Source of the DNA: Anaeramoeba ignava BMAN
Taxonomy: Eukaryota; Protista; Anaeramoebae
DNA: 64,000 nt
Assembly (NCBI GenBank): GCA_028826165.1
Contig: JAPDFW010000091.1
Location: 186,001 to 250,000 of the forward strand
Direction: 5' to 3'
Shown here: in pieces, positions 39,829 through 52,938 of the stretch
Position numbering within the stretch: the stretch's first letter is position 1
Layout of the letters: the number at the start of each line of letters is the position of its first letter
The notes under the pieces: generated by a model
The model's database searches: none
Told to the model about the DNA's origin: nothing
Seen by the model: the letters and a program-made list of their open reading frames with translations, nothing else
Position numbers and translations under genes: made by a program

Positions 39829-42789
39829 ATGAGGAAATTTTCCGATTTAAGAATTGAAAATCGGGAACCAGCAGTTAATAAGTTATACAATCCAATTATC
39901 AAGCAAAGAATGAGATTAAATATATCAATTCCACCAATTTTTATTTCAAGAGAAACTGAAGGAATAAATTTTTTTTTAGAACGTTTACATTTTAAAACAT
40001 TTCCTTGGGCAAGAGGAACATTTATTACTCATATGAATCCTTCTTTGTGTCCTTCTACTAATAAAAATTCTGTTAATCCATATCTTGGTCAAGTTCTTGC
40101 TGAAGATCCTACTGGTTCGATTTCTTTTGATGCTATGTTTGATTCTATTTGTTATTCCCCAAGGACTCATAAACTTATGGGTATATTAGATTAAATATTA
40201 AACATTAGATAATAATAAATATTAAATAATAAATAATAAATAATAAATAATAAATAATAAATAATAAATAATAAATATTAAATAATAAATAATAAATATT
40301 AAATAATAAATATTAAATAATAAATAAATTAAATATTAAATATTAAATATTAAATAATAAATATTAAATATTAAATATTAAATATTAAATATTAAATAAT
40401 AAATAATAAATAATAAATATAAAATAAATATTAAATATTAAAATAATAAAATAATAAATATTAAAAAATAAAAATAAATAATAAATATTAAAATAATAAA
40501 TAATAAATATTAAATATTAAATAATAAATAATAAAATATAATAAATATTAAAATAATTAAATAATAAATAATAAATAATAAAAATAAATAAATAATAAAT
40601 AATAAAATAATAAATAATAAATAATAAATAATAAATAATAAATATTAAATAATAAATATTAAATAATAAATATTAAATAATAAATAATAAATAATAAATA
40701 ATAAATAATAAATATTAAATATTAAAATATTAAATATTAAATATTAAATAATAAATAATAAATATTAAATAATAAATATTAAATATTAAATATTAAATAA
40801 TAAATATTAAATAAAAATAATAATAAATATTAAATAATAAATATTAAATATTAAATAATAAATAATAAATAATAAATAATAAATAATAAATATTAAATAA
40901 TAAATATTAAATAAATATTAAATATTAAATAATAAATATTAAATAATAAATAATAAATAATAAATATTAAATATTAAATATTAAATAATAAATATTAAAT
41001 ATTAAATAATAAATATTAAATATTAAATATTAAATATTAAATAATAAATATTAAATATTAAATAATAAATAATAAATAATAAATAATAAATATTAAATAT
41101 TAAATATTAAACATTAAATATTAAATATTAAATATTAAATAATAAATAATAAATATTTAATATTTAATATTAAATATATGATAAATACGAATTTAGCTGG
41201 AAGAATTTCTCGAGTTGATCAATCCCAAATTCATATTTTAATCAATCTTACTTTTAGTGCAATTGTTCCTGCTGATTTAATTCCAGGTTATACTTATGAT
41301 CGAACACAAGAATTATTCTTTTTGACTCAAGATCCTTCAAATGAATCACAATTTATTCAATCGGAATCTTGGGTGATTTTTGAAGTAATCAAGTAAGGAA
41401 TTCAAATCAAATAATTCAATTCAAATTCAATTTCAAATTCAAATTCAAATTCAATTCAATTCAAATTCAATCCAATTCAAATCAAATTCAAATTCAATCA
41501 AATTCAAATTCAAAATTCAAAATTCAAATTCAAATTTAAATCCAAATTTAAATTCAATTTCAAATCCAATTTCAAATTCAAATTCAATTCAAATTAAATT
41601 CAATTTCAATTCAAATTAAATATTCAATTCAATTCAAATTCAATATTCAATTCAATTAAATTTAAATTCAAATTAAAATTCAATTCAAATCCAAATTTAA
41701 ATTCAAATTAAAATTCAATTCAAATCCAAATTTAAATTCAAATTAAAATTCAATTAAATATTTAAATTCAATATTCAAATTCAAATTCAATTCAAATTCA
41801 ATTTCAATTTCAATTCAATATTCAATATTCAATTCAATATTCAATTCAATTTAATTCAATATTCAAATTCAATTTCAAATTCAATTCAATATTCAATTCA
41901 ATATTCAATTCAATTTCAATTCAAAATTCAAATTCAATTTAAAATTCAATTCAATTCAAATTCAAATTCAATTTCAATTCAAAATTCAAATTCAATATTC
42001 AATTAAAATTAAAATTCAAATTCAAATTCAAATTCAAATTCAAATTCAAATTCAAATTCAAATTCAAATTCAGTTTCAATTTCAATTCAAATTCAATTTT
42101 CAATTCAATTCAATTCAATTCAATATTCAATATTCAAATTCAATTCAATTCTATATTCAATTCGATTCAATTAAATTCAAATCCAAAATCAAATTCAATT
42201 AAATATTTAAATTCAATATTCAATTCAAATTTAAATTCAAATTCAAATTTAAATTCAATTTCAAATTCAATTTCAAATCCAAATTAAAATTCAATATTCA
42301 ATTAAAATTCAAATTCAAATTCAAATTTAAATTAAAATTAAAATTCAAATTCAAATTCAAATTAAAATTAAAATTCAAATTTAAATTCAATTTCAAATTC
42401 AATATTCAATTTTATTCTTTTTTTATCCTTTCTTGAAAAGACTATCTTTATCTGGTGAAAAAATTTTAATCACAGGTTCTTTAACAAGTCCTGAAACTGG
42501 AATTATTGAATTTGATGAACTTCCTGATTTTGCAATTTTAACTTTTCCTGAAATTCAAAATGAAATTTCAAAAGGACTTTATTTTGCAAAAGACAAAAAT
42601 CTAAAAGATGAAGATGAAGATGATGAAAATGAATATGAATATGAAAGTGAAAATGAAAGTGAAAATGAAATTCAAAATGAAAGAGGTAATCTTCCTTTTA
42701 TTTTTAGTGATTCAAGTGATTCAAGTGATTCAAGTGATTCAAGTGATAATTCAAAAATGGAAATTGATTTCGCAGATGAAAATAATTAA
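39829..42789 (+). CDS. RNA polymerase I subunit A43-like (Rpb7-type N-domain, OB fold, acidic tail); 3 exons
   Basis: GT-AG introns 40181-41196 and 41393-42440 give HKLM-AGRISRV...HILINLTFSAIVP...VIFEVIK-LSLSGEKILITGSL; N-terminal LNISIPPIF pattern. Confidence 0.7.
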
Positions 42790-42924
42790 AATTTTTTAAA
42801 CTAAATAAATTTGTAATTTAGAGGAAAAATAATACATTTTCTTTTCATTTTTTTCATTTTTTCACAAATTCCCAAAAATAAACGAAAAATTCAAAAATTT
42901 TTTTTTTTCATTTTTTCTTTTTAA

Positions 42925-43842
42925 ATGGAAAATCCATATATAATTGTAGTTGGTTCTTCAAATCTTGATTTTTATAGTTATGTTGAAAAACATCCCAAAA
43001 TACGAGAAACAATTGAAGGAAAAGAATTAATAACAGGATTTGGAGGAAAAGGAGCAAATCAAGCAGTTATGATGAGCAATCTTGGCGGGAAAGTTGAGAT
43101 GATAACAAGAGTAGGCGATGATATTTTTGGAGATCAAATCAAATCAAACTATGAATCATTTGGAGTTTTAACTAGTAGTTTAATAAAAACAGAAAAAACA
43201 CCGACAGGAATAGCATTAGTTTCTGTAAACTCAAATGGACAGAATAGAATTGTTATTCATTCAGGTGCTAACGGTCGTTTATGTAAAGAAGATGTTGAAA
43301 AATGTGAAGAAAAATTCAAACAAGCAAAGGCAGTTGTCACTCAACTTGAAACTCCAGTTGAAGCCGCACTTTCCGCAATGAAATTAGGTCGCAAATACAA
43401 TGCAATCACCATTTTGAATCCTGCTCCGGCTTATCATGATTTGCCGAGCGAACTTTTCCAAAATTCCGATATTGTTTGTCCAAATGAAACCGAAGCAGAA
43501 ATTATAACTGGTCAACATATTGAAACAATAGAAGATGCAACAAATGCAGGCAAAATTATTCTTGAAATGGGTGCAAAAAATGTGGTTGTTACTCTTGGTT
43601 CAAAAGGTTGTGTTTGGGTTACTTCAAGTTTTTCTCGTTATGTTCCTACTCAAGTAGTTAAGGTTGTTGATTCAACTGGTTCAGGTGATGCTTTTGTTGG
43701 AAGTTTTACTTATTCTCTTGCTATTGGTAATCCTATTCTTGAATCTCTACAGTTTGCTGTTAAAGTTGCCACAATGTCTGTTACAAAAAAAGGAACTCAA
43801 ATGTCTTTTCCCAAAAAATCGGAGTTAGATGGATTGATTTAA
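42925..43842 (+). CDS. RBKS: Ribokinase (PfkB family)
   Basis: VVGSSNLD, GGKGANQAV, VGDDIFG, QLE, NPAPA, PNETEA, VDSTGSGDAF. Confidence 0.96.
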   Translation: MENPYIIVVGSSNLDFYSYVEKHPKIRETIEGKELITGFGGKGANQAVMMSNLGGKVEMITRVGDDIFGDQIKSNYESFGVLTSSLIKTEKTPTGIALVSVNSNGQNRIVIHSGANGRLCKEDVEKCEEKFKQAKAVVTQLETPVEAALSAMKLGRKYNAITILNPAPAYHDLPSELFQNSDIVCPNETEAEIITGQHIETIEDATNAGKIILEMGAKNVVVTLGSKGCVWVTSSFSRYVPTQVVKVVDSTGSGDAFVGSFTYSLAIGNPILESLQFAVKVATMSVTKKGTQMSFPKKSELDGLI

Positions 43843-43854
43843 TTTAATTTAATT

Positions 43855-44950
43855 TGATTTAAGGAAAAATTAAAGAAAAATTTTTTAAAATTCCACTTTT
43901 TATTAATTTTAATTTGATTTGATTTAAAATTGATTTAATTTGATTAAAAATTGATTTAAGAAAAACTAAAGAAATTATTTAAAATTCCACTTTTTATTAA
44001 TTTTAGATTTTGATTTGATTTGATTTGATTTGATTTTTGATTTAAATTTATTTAAAATTTAAACTTTTTATTAATTTTAGATTTGGATTTGATTTAATTT
44101 AAATTTGAAAATTTAAAAGAAATTTATTAAAGAAAAATTCCACTTTTTATTAATTTTAAATTTTAATTTTGATTTAAAATTGATTTAATTTAAAATTGAT
44201 TTAATTTAAAATTGATTTAAATTTAATTTAAGAAAAATTAAAGAAAAATTTTTTAAAATTCCACTTTTTATTAATTTTAAATTTAATTTTGATTTGATTT
44301 TAAATTTTATTTAATTTAAATTTGATTTAAGAAAAATTAAAGAAATTATTTAAAATTCCACTTTTTATTAATTTAATTTTGATTTGATTTGATTTGATTT
44401 GATTTTGATTTAAATTTGATTTAAATTTGATTTAAGAAAAATTAAAGAAATTATTTAAAATTCCACTTTTTATTAATTTTGATTAAATTTTCAATTTAAT
44501 TTGATTTAAGAAAAATTAAAGAAATTATTTAAAATTCCACTTTTTATTAATTTTGATTTGATTTAATTTTGATTAAATTTGATTTAATTTGATTTAAGAA
44601 AAATTAAAGAAATTATTTAAAATTCCACTTTTTATTAATTTTAAATTTTGATTTAATTTTGATTTGATTTTGATTTAAATTTTGATTTAATTTTGATTTG
44701 ATTTTGATTTTAATTTGATTTAAATTTGATTTAAATTTGATTTAAGAAAAATTAAAGAAATTATTTAAAATTCCACTTTTTATTAATTTTAGATTTTGAT
44801 TTTGATTTGATTTGATTTTGATTTAATTTTGATTTGATTTTGATTTTAATTTGATTTAAATTTGAATCAAATTTGATTTAAGAAAAATTAAAGAAAAATT
44901 ATTTAAAATTCCACTTTTTATTAATTTTAGATTTTGATTTTGATTTAAAA
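43855..44950. repeat. Interrupted minisatellite: ~50-bp conserved core with variable GATTT/AATTT spacers
   Basis: Core GATTTAAGAAAAATTAAAGAAATTATTTAAAATTCCACTTTTTATTAATTTT; about 10 copies plus one degenerate. Confidence 0.9.
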
Positions 44951-45227
44951 TTGATTAAAATTTAAATAAATAAAAAGAGAAAAAAAAAAATAATAAAAAA
45001 ATAATTTTAAAGTGAGAAAACTGGTGTTTTGTTATTTTATTTTTGCTTTTTATTATCTTTTTTTTTTTTCGTTTTGTTTATTAAATTAATTGAAAAGAAT
45101 TTTAAAAAAAATTATTTTTCATTTTTTTTTTTCTTTCCAAAAATTTATTTTATTTAAAACTATTTTTTTATTTTTATTTTTTATTTTTATTGTTATTTTA
45201 CAAAAAATTTCACATTAAAAATAACAA

Positions 45228-48200
45228 ATGTCACAACCAAACGAAACACAAATAAAAAGAGTGCCAAGATCATTAAAATTACCAGACCAAACAGTATGGA
45301 AATTGCCAGAAAACACAGGAAGAACAAGTCAAAGAACAACCAATAGAGTGACAGCTAGAATACCAAGTAGAGTGACAGCTAGAATACCAAGTCGAATGAC
45401 AGCTAGAATACCAAGTAGAATGACAGCTAGAATCCCAAGTAGAGTGACAGCTAGAATCCCAAGTAGAGTGACAGCTAGACAACCAAAAGAAAAATCAAAT
45501 GCACCTCAAAGACCAAAAGGTCCTCCTCCTACAAGAGGCACTTTCCAAACAAGTCCCAGACAAACACAACCAACTATTAAATCTCCACAGTTTGGACAAC
45601 AAATTGGGGCACAAAAAACAACAAGAACACCACCTAATTCAAAACCACCACAACTCCAATCAAGATCAAATGTAAAAAATCCAAATTTAAATTCTCAACA
45701 AAAAAATCAATTTCAAAGCGGAAGAGTGATTAGCAGACAAAAACCAACAAAACCACCTCCACAACCCCAATCCCAAACAAAAAATTTAAGTCCAAATCAA
45801 AACCAAAATCAAAATCAAAATAAAATTCAAAATCAAAATAAAAATCAAATTCAAAACCAAAATCAAAATCAAATTCAAAATCAAAATATTATAAGAGGAA
45901 GAAATCTTCCAAGACAAAAACCAACAAGATCACCTCCACAACCAAAACCTCGAGCAACAAATATAAGTCCAAATCAAAGTCAAAATCAATATCAAAATCA
46001 AAATCAAAACAAATCACCTATTCAACAATCAAGAAGAAGTCCAATAAATCAAAATCAAAATCAAATTCAAAATATTATAAGAGGAAGAAATCTTCCAAGA
46101 CAAAAACCAACAAGATCACCTCCACAACCAAAACCTCGAGCAACAAATATAAGTCCAAATCAATATCAATATCAAAATCAAAATCAAAATCAATATCAAA
46201 ATCAAAACAAATCACCTATTCAGCAATCAAGAAGAAGTCCAATAAATCAATATCAAAATAAGTCACCTATTCAACAAACAGGAAGAAGTCCAATAAATCA
46301 AAATCAAAATCAAAATCAAAATCAAAATCAAAATCAAAATCAAAATCAAAATCAAAATCAAAATAAATTCAAAACTCCAAACCAAATTCGAAACCAATTT
46401 GAAAATAAATCTACAGAAAGAAATCCACAAAAACAAAATAAACCAATTCAAGACGAACTCAAAGTTATTCCTTCTTATCAAAGAAAAATTTTTGGAAACT
46501 TAGAAAATCCTTCTCCCAAATCAGTGAAAACACCTAATAAAATACAAAATCAACCTACAGAAAAACCAAAAGAAGAAAACAAATTATCTTCATATCAAAA
46601 ACCTTTACAAAATATACAAAACGTAGAAAATACTCAAACTTCACCATATAAGATAACTCCCAAAGATCAACCACAAACACAAAATCAATTTACAAACAAA
46701 ATTTCAACTCAGTCTCCAAAAAACTTCGAAATTCAACAAAAAGAACAACCAAAACAAGAAATTGAAAACCAAAAGAAAAATGAGAAAACTACTTCTCAAG
46801 ATAATGAAGATGATGAAAATCAACATAATTATTATACAGAAGATTATGATAAAGATTATGAAGATGAAAATGAAAATAATAATGAAGATGATAACAAACA
46901 ACATAATTATTATACAGAAGATTATGATCAAGATTATGAAGACGAAAATGATAACAAACAACATAATTATTATACAGAGGATTATGATAAAGATTACGGA
47001 GATGAAAATCAAAATGAAAATCAAGATGAAAATGAAAATCAAAATGAAAATCAAAATGAAAATGAATATGAAAATCAAAATGAAAATGAAAATGAAAATC
47101 AAAATGAAAATCAATATGAAAATGAAAATGAAAATCAAGATGAAAATCAATATGAAAATGAAAATGAATATGAAAATGAAAATCAAGATGAAAATCAATA
47201 TGAAAATCAAAATCAAGATGAAAATCAAGATGAAAATCAATATGAAAATGAAAATCAAGATGAAAATGAAAATCAATATGAAAATGAAAATGAAAATCAA
47301 AATGAAAATGAAAATCAATATGAAAATGAAAATGAAAATGAAATCGAAAATGAAAATGAAAATGAAAATCAATATGAAAATGAAAATGAAATCGAAAATG
47401 AAGATGAAATCGAAAAAGAAAATGAAGATGAAAATGAAAATGAAAACGAAGAACAAGAACCACAATATTCAGAAGAAGTCCTTCAATACATTACATATCA
47501 CCAAGAACTCAAAGAACAAATGGATGTACTCAAAGCAATCATCCAACAAACACTAAAATATATTGAAAATTCACTTAAAGATGATGCTGTTGTTCTTATA
47601 AATGCAATCAAAGAGATGATTGAACCATTATCAGATTATTTTATTGCAGCAGATGAATGTGTTAGAGTGTTTTTTGGATACGAAATTGAAGAAGAAACAT
47701 TTTTAAACAAATTCCATCAGATTTTATTAGCAGAAAGTTTTAAAGATTTGGAAAGTATTTTGAAGGAATTTATGGAGAAAGCAAATCAAATAATCTCCGA
47801 AGAAGAAGATCAAGAACTTGCTAATGAAATCCATACAGACATTCTTTTCATTTGCGAAGAAATTGAAAACAGAGTCAATTTATTCATTGAATGTGTTGAT
47901 TATGAAGTCAGTCAAATTGATGAAAAGGAAAGAAAGAAAATTGAAGAAGAAAAAGCAAATGAAGAAAAACAAAACAACGCAGATCAAACAGAAACAGAAA
48001 CGAAGACACAATCACCTGTGGAAACGGAAAAAAAGCCAGAGAAGCTCCCATCACTTCCGATTCTATCTACAGGAAAAGAAAAGAAAAAGAAGCCCAAAAC
48101 AAAGGGATCTGCATTAAAAGACCAGCAATCACAACCAAAAGATAATCTTCGTGTTGTTATTGATGAAAAGGAGGATCAAAACGAGGCAATGAACCAGCAA

Positions 48201-51200
48201 TACAAACTTGAGCAATTATCGAATTTACAACGAACAACACGAACATTAACAACAACAGGAAACAGACCTGATCTTGAGGCAATAATGTCAGAAGAGCCAA
48301 ATGAGAATGAAAAAGAGAAGAACAATGAAATACGAAAGCCAACAGAAACAGCATTTAAACCAACAGAAACAACATTTAAACCAACAATACCAACATTTAA
48401 ACCAACAGAAACAACATTTAAACCAAATGAATCATTTAAACCAACAACACCAACATTTAAATCAACAACACCAACATTTAAACCAAATGAACCATTTAAA
48501 CCAAATGAACCATTTAAACCAAATGAAACATTTAAACCAACAACACCAACATTTAAATCAACAACACCAACATTTAAATCAAATGAATCATTTAAAAATG
48601 AACCATTTAAAACTGAACCAATTAAAAATCAACCATTTAAAACTGAACCAATTAAAAATCAACCATTTAAAACTGAATCAATTAAACCAAAACCACCAAC
48701 ATTCAAATCAACACAACCTATACAACAATTTATACCCCAACAGCAAACAAGACCACCAAGACCACAAAATCCTATTCCAAACAAACAAAATCCTATTCCA
48801 AACAAACAAAATCCTATTCCAAACAAACAAAATCTTATTCCAAACAAACAAAATCTTATTCCAAACAAACAAAATCTTATCCCAAACAAACAAAATCCTA
48901 TTCCAAACAAACAAAATCTTATCCCAAACAAACAAAAAACACCCCAAAAAGATGGATACGCATTTACCGCATTGGAAAGTAATAGACCCCGATTGCAGAA
49001 ACTCAAAGGAGGTCGTGCAATCCGAGGAAGAAAACCTCCAACAAAGAAAAAAGTTTCCGATTTGAAAAATATCAATGATATCAAGGAATCAATTCTCACA
49101 TCAACAGCATCGCCGTTGATTTCAAAACTGCATGAAATTTCGTCACAGAAACCGCAAGTCGTGAAGGATGAAGTGACGATCAAGAAGGAAATGGAGATCA
49201 TCAAAAAAATGACTGTTCGAGTATTTTTTGTTGATGGATCTTTTAAAACAGTTCCGTTGATGGAAACTGATACAATTGGAGATCTTCGCGACACGGCGAT
49301 AAAGAAAGCAAGACTAGCAAATACAGAGGATTTTGTGATGGTTGAGAAGAAGGGAACGCAAGAAAGAATTTTGGACTGGAAACTAAACGCATTTTTTGTG
49401 CGAAATAATTGGGAATCTCAAGATGATAATTTTTGCCGATTTGTGTTTAAAAGTCGAGCTCAAGTTCAGGAGAAAAACGTGATGACGGATGAGAACAAGA
49501 TGCTCGCGAAAATTTATTTTGAGGATGGATCTTATAAAACAATCAAAGTGGATAAGGAGATTACATGTCTCGATACAGTCACGACAATATGCAAAAAAAT
49601 CCGATTGATCAACGCTATTGATGAATTTGGTCTCTTTGAAAAAAGAGGCGAAAATGAGCCCCGTCTGTGCGAAGATGATGAGCGCGTGATGTTCTTGATA
49701 AAGGACTGGGAGCTCAAGTCTATTAATGCTCGACTTGTGTTTAAAGACAATGGAATGTCAAAAATTGCCGATGAAAAAGTGCTTTTTAACGGCATATATG
49801 TTTCCGTTGAAAAGGCTCAACAGCTCAAGAAAGAGCTCGGCGATTCTGGCTTGGGTCATCTCCAGGAAATTGCTCCTATGGAAGAGCCCCAGCAGACCGA
49901 GCAAGAGTATAAATCTGTTGAGAATACAAAAGAAAAGGATAATCCAAAAGAAAAGAAAAAAGATGGAAAAATGAAAAGATTTACTCGAATTTTCACGTTT
50001 AAAAAGAAAAAGAAAGGCGGCGATTCAGAAAACACAAGTTCTCCTCTAAATCAAGAGAAATCAAGTGATTCCACTGAGAAATCCAATTCAAACTCAGGTC
50101 AATATGCTGTTACTTCAATTGCTGGTGATAAAACTGGTCTGGTTCAAATGTTCAGTGATTCTTCTTCTGAATGGTCGCAAATTTATCTCTGTCTCCGTGG
50201 AAATCGGATATATTATTTTGCTGATTTGGATACAAAACAAGCAACTGGAAATATTAGTTTGTTGAATGCTGTTGTTAGTGAAGGAAGTCCTGCAAAATCA
50301 AAGAAGAGTAATGCTTTTTCAATTGTAACAATGACTAATGAATGTTTTTATTTTGCTTGTTCCAAACCTGAGGAGATGAGTTCATGGAAAACGTAAAAAT
50401 ATTTTTGAATCAATTTGAATTGAATTTAATTAAATATTGATTTTATTTGAATTTATTTTATTTGAATTGAATTAAATTGAATTGAATTGAATTGAATTTA
50501 TTTGAATTTATTTGAATTAAATATTGAATTGAATATTAAATTGATTTTATTTAAATTGAATTAAATTGAATTAAATTGAATTAAATTAAATTGATTTGAA
50601 TTGAATATTGAATTGAATATTGAATTGAATTAAATTGATTTGAATTGAATATTGAATTGAATATTGAATTGAATTAAATTGATTTGATTTGAATATTGAA
50701 TTGAATTGATTTGAATTAAATTGAATTGAATTGAATTGAATTGAATTGAATTGAATTGAATTGAATTGAATTGAATTGAATTGAATTGATTTGAATTGAA
50801 TTGAATTGAATTGAATTGATTTGAATTGAATATTGAATTGAATTGAATTGGATTGATTTGAATTGATTTGAATTGAATTGAATTGGATTGATTTTATTTA
50901 AATTAAATTGAATATTGAATTAAATATTGAATTGAATATTTGAATTAAATATTGAATTGAATTTAATTGGATTCATTTGAATTGAATTGAATTGGATTGA
51001 TTTTATTTGAATTAAATATTGAATTAAATATTGAATTAAATATTGAATTAAATTGAATTGAATTGAATTAAATTGAATTAAATTGAATTCATTTTATTTG
51101 ATTTTATTTTATTTGAATTGAATTGATTTTATTTGAATTGATTTTATTTGAATTGATTTTATTTGAATTTATTTGGATTGATTTTAATTTAATTAAATTG

Positions 51201-52473
51201 ATTTTAATTGAATTTGAATTTATTTTAATTGAATTGAATTGAATTGAATTTATTTGAATTAAATTGAATTAAATTGAATTGAATTTATTTGAATTAAATT
51301 AAATTAAATATTGAATTGAATTAAATATTGAATTAAATTAAATTGATTTTATTTGAATTAAATTTATTTGAATTGAATTGAATTTATTTAAATTGAATTG
51401 ATTTGAATTGAATTGAATTAAATTGAATTGAATTGAATTAAATTCATTTTATTTGAATTAAATTGAATTAAATTGTATTGAATTAAATATTGAATTAAAT
51501 TGATTTGAATTGAATTGAATTGAATTGAATTAAATTGAATATTGAATTGAATTTATTTGATTTTATTTGAATTAAATATTGAATTGAATTGATTTTATTT
51601 AAATTGATTTTATTTAAATTCATTTTATTTAAATTCATTTTATTTGAATGGAAAATAAACAGAGAAATTCAAAGCAGAATCATCACAACAGGAGCACAAA
51701 GAGATCCACGAAAAGCCTTAGCACAAGCATTAATGAGACAACAATCACAAGGAACATTAGGAATCAAAAACAAAATAAACCTACAGAAAAAAAACACAGA
51801 AATGCAAATCAGAACATTTGTCAACTGGATAAACCATTATACATCCCAAATAGACCCATCAAAAAAAATACAAAATCTTGATAAAGATTTATCTGATGGA
51901 ACAATATTATGCTCATTAGCAGAGAAAATCACAGATAAGAAAGTAGGAAGATACCACGCAAATCCAGGCTCACTACTCCATAAGATGGACAATCTAAGTC
52001 TCTTTTTCAAATTCCTTAAACAGGAAAATGTCAAACTTACATTTGTTTCTGAAGAAGATGTTCTTGATGGAAAAATCAAAAGTATTCTTGCCTTGATTTG
52101 GGCGCTTATCTACCAGCTCGACAACCAGAAAATCTCCCGCGGAGATCTTCTACAAAGCGTGCGCAATCGATCAGCGCAAATTCTCAAGGATAAAATCTAT
52201 ATCGAAAACTTCGATACTTCATTTCAATCAGGAGTAGTTTTTAATTCTCTTCTTTTTGCTTCGGATAATTCACTCACACAAAATAATCCACTGCCTCTAC
52301 TTACCCAGTCAAACGACGGATTCAATGAGAAGAATCTCGACCTCGCGTTTTCTGTGGCGGAAAAAGTCTTTTCTGTTCCTAGACTTCTTTCTCCTAAAGA
52401 CTTCTCAGAAAAACCTGATGAACGTTCTGTTATGACTTATTGTTTAATGTTAAAGAAATATTTGAAGTTTTAA
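45228..52473 (+). CDS. ~2000-aa cytoskeletal scaffold: repeat-rich N-terminus, helical domain, two RA/FERM-like ubiquitin folds, PH domain, C-terminal tandem CH actin-binding domain
   Basis: VRVFFVDGSFKTV...ERIL...RFVFK and AKIYFEDGSYKTI...FGLFE...RLVFK; PH WSQIYLCLRGNRIYYF...WK; intron 50393-51662 preserves frame; CH1 QIRTFVNWIN, DLSDG, ILALIWALI; CH2 NFDTSFQSG, AFSVAEK...PDERSVMTY. Confidence 0.85.
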
Positions 52474-52938
52474 TTGTTTCTCTCCTTTCAAAATCAAAAT
52501 AATAATAATAATAATAATAATTATAATTATAATAATTATCTCAATATTTTCAATACAAATTAATTAAGATTCAATTGATTGAAAAATTTGTTGTTTTTGT
52601 TCTCTTCTTTTTTTTTTGCTTTTTTTTCTTTTTCTTTTTCTTTTAATTCAATTCAAAAAAATAAAAACAAAATTTAAAAAAAGATCATTTGAATAATCAG
52701 TGTTTTATTTCTTATTTCTTTTTTATTTCTTTCTTATTTATTTATTTTTAATTAATTCAAAATAAAAAAAAAAATTTTTTTTTAAATTAAAAAAAATTAA
52801 AAAAATTAAAAAAAATTAAAAATAAATCAAAATTACTTTTTCTTTTCTTCTTTTCTTCTTTTTATTAATTCAAAAATTAATTCAAAAATCAATTTATTTT
52901 TTTTTCTTAATAAAAAAATTGAAAAATTAAATTGAAAA

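Noticed and set aside
43855-44950. CRISPR array
   Set aside because: Spacers are low-complexity GATTT/AATTT words of very uneven length; no cas genes; eukaryotic context
46704-49294. Overlapping antisense and alternate-frame ORFs inside the scaffold gene (also 38108-38875)
   Set aside because: Shadows of repetitive coding sequence
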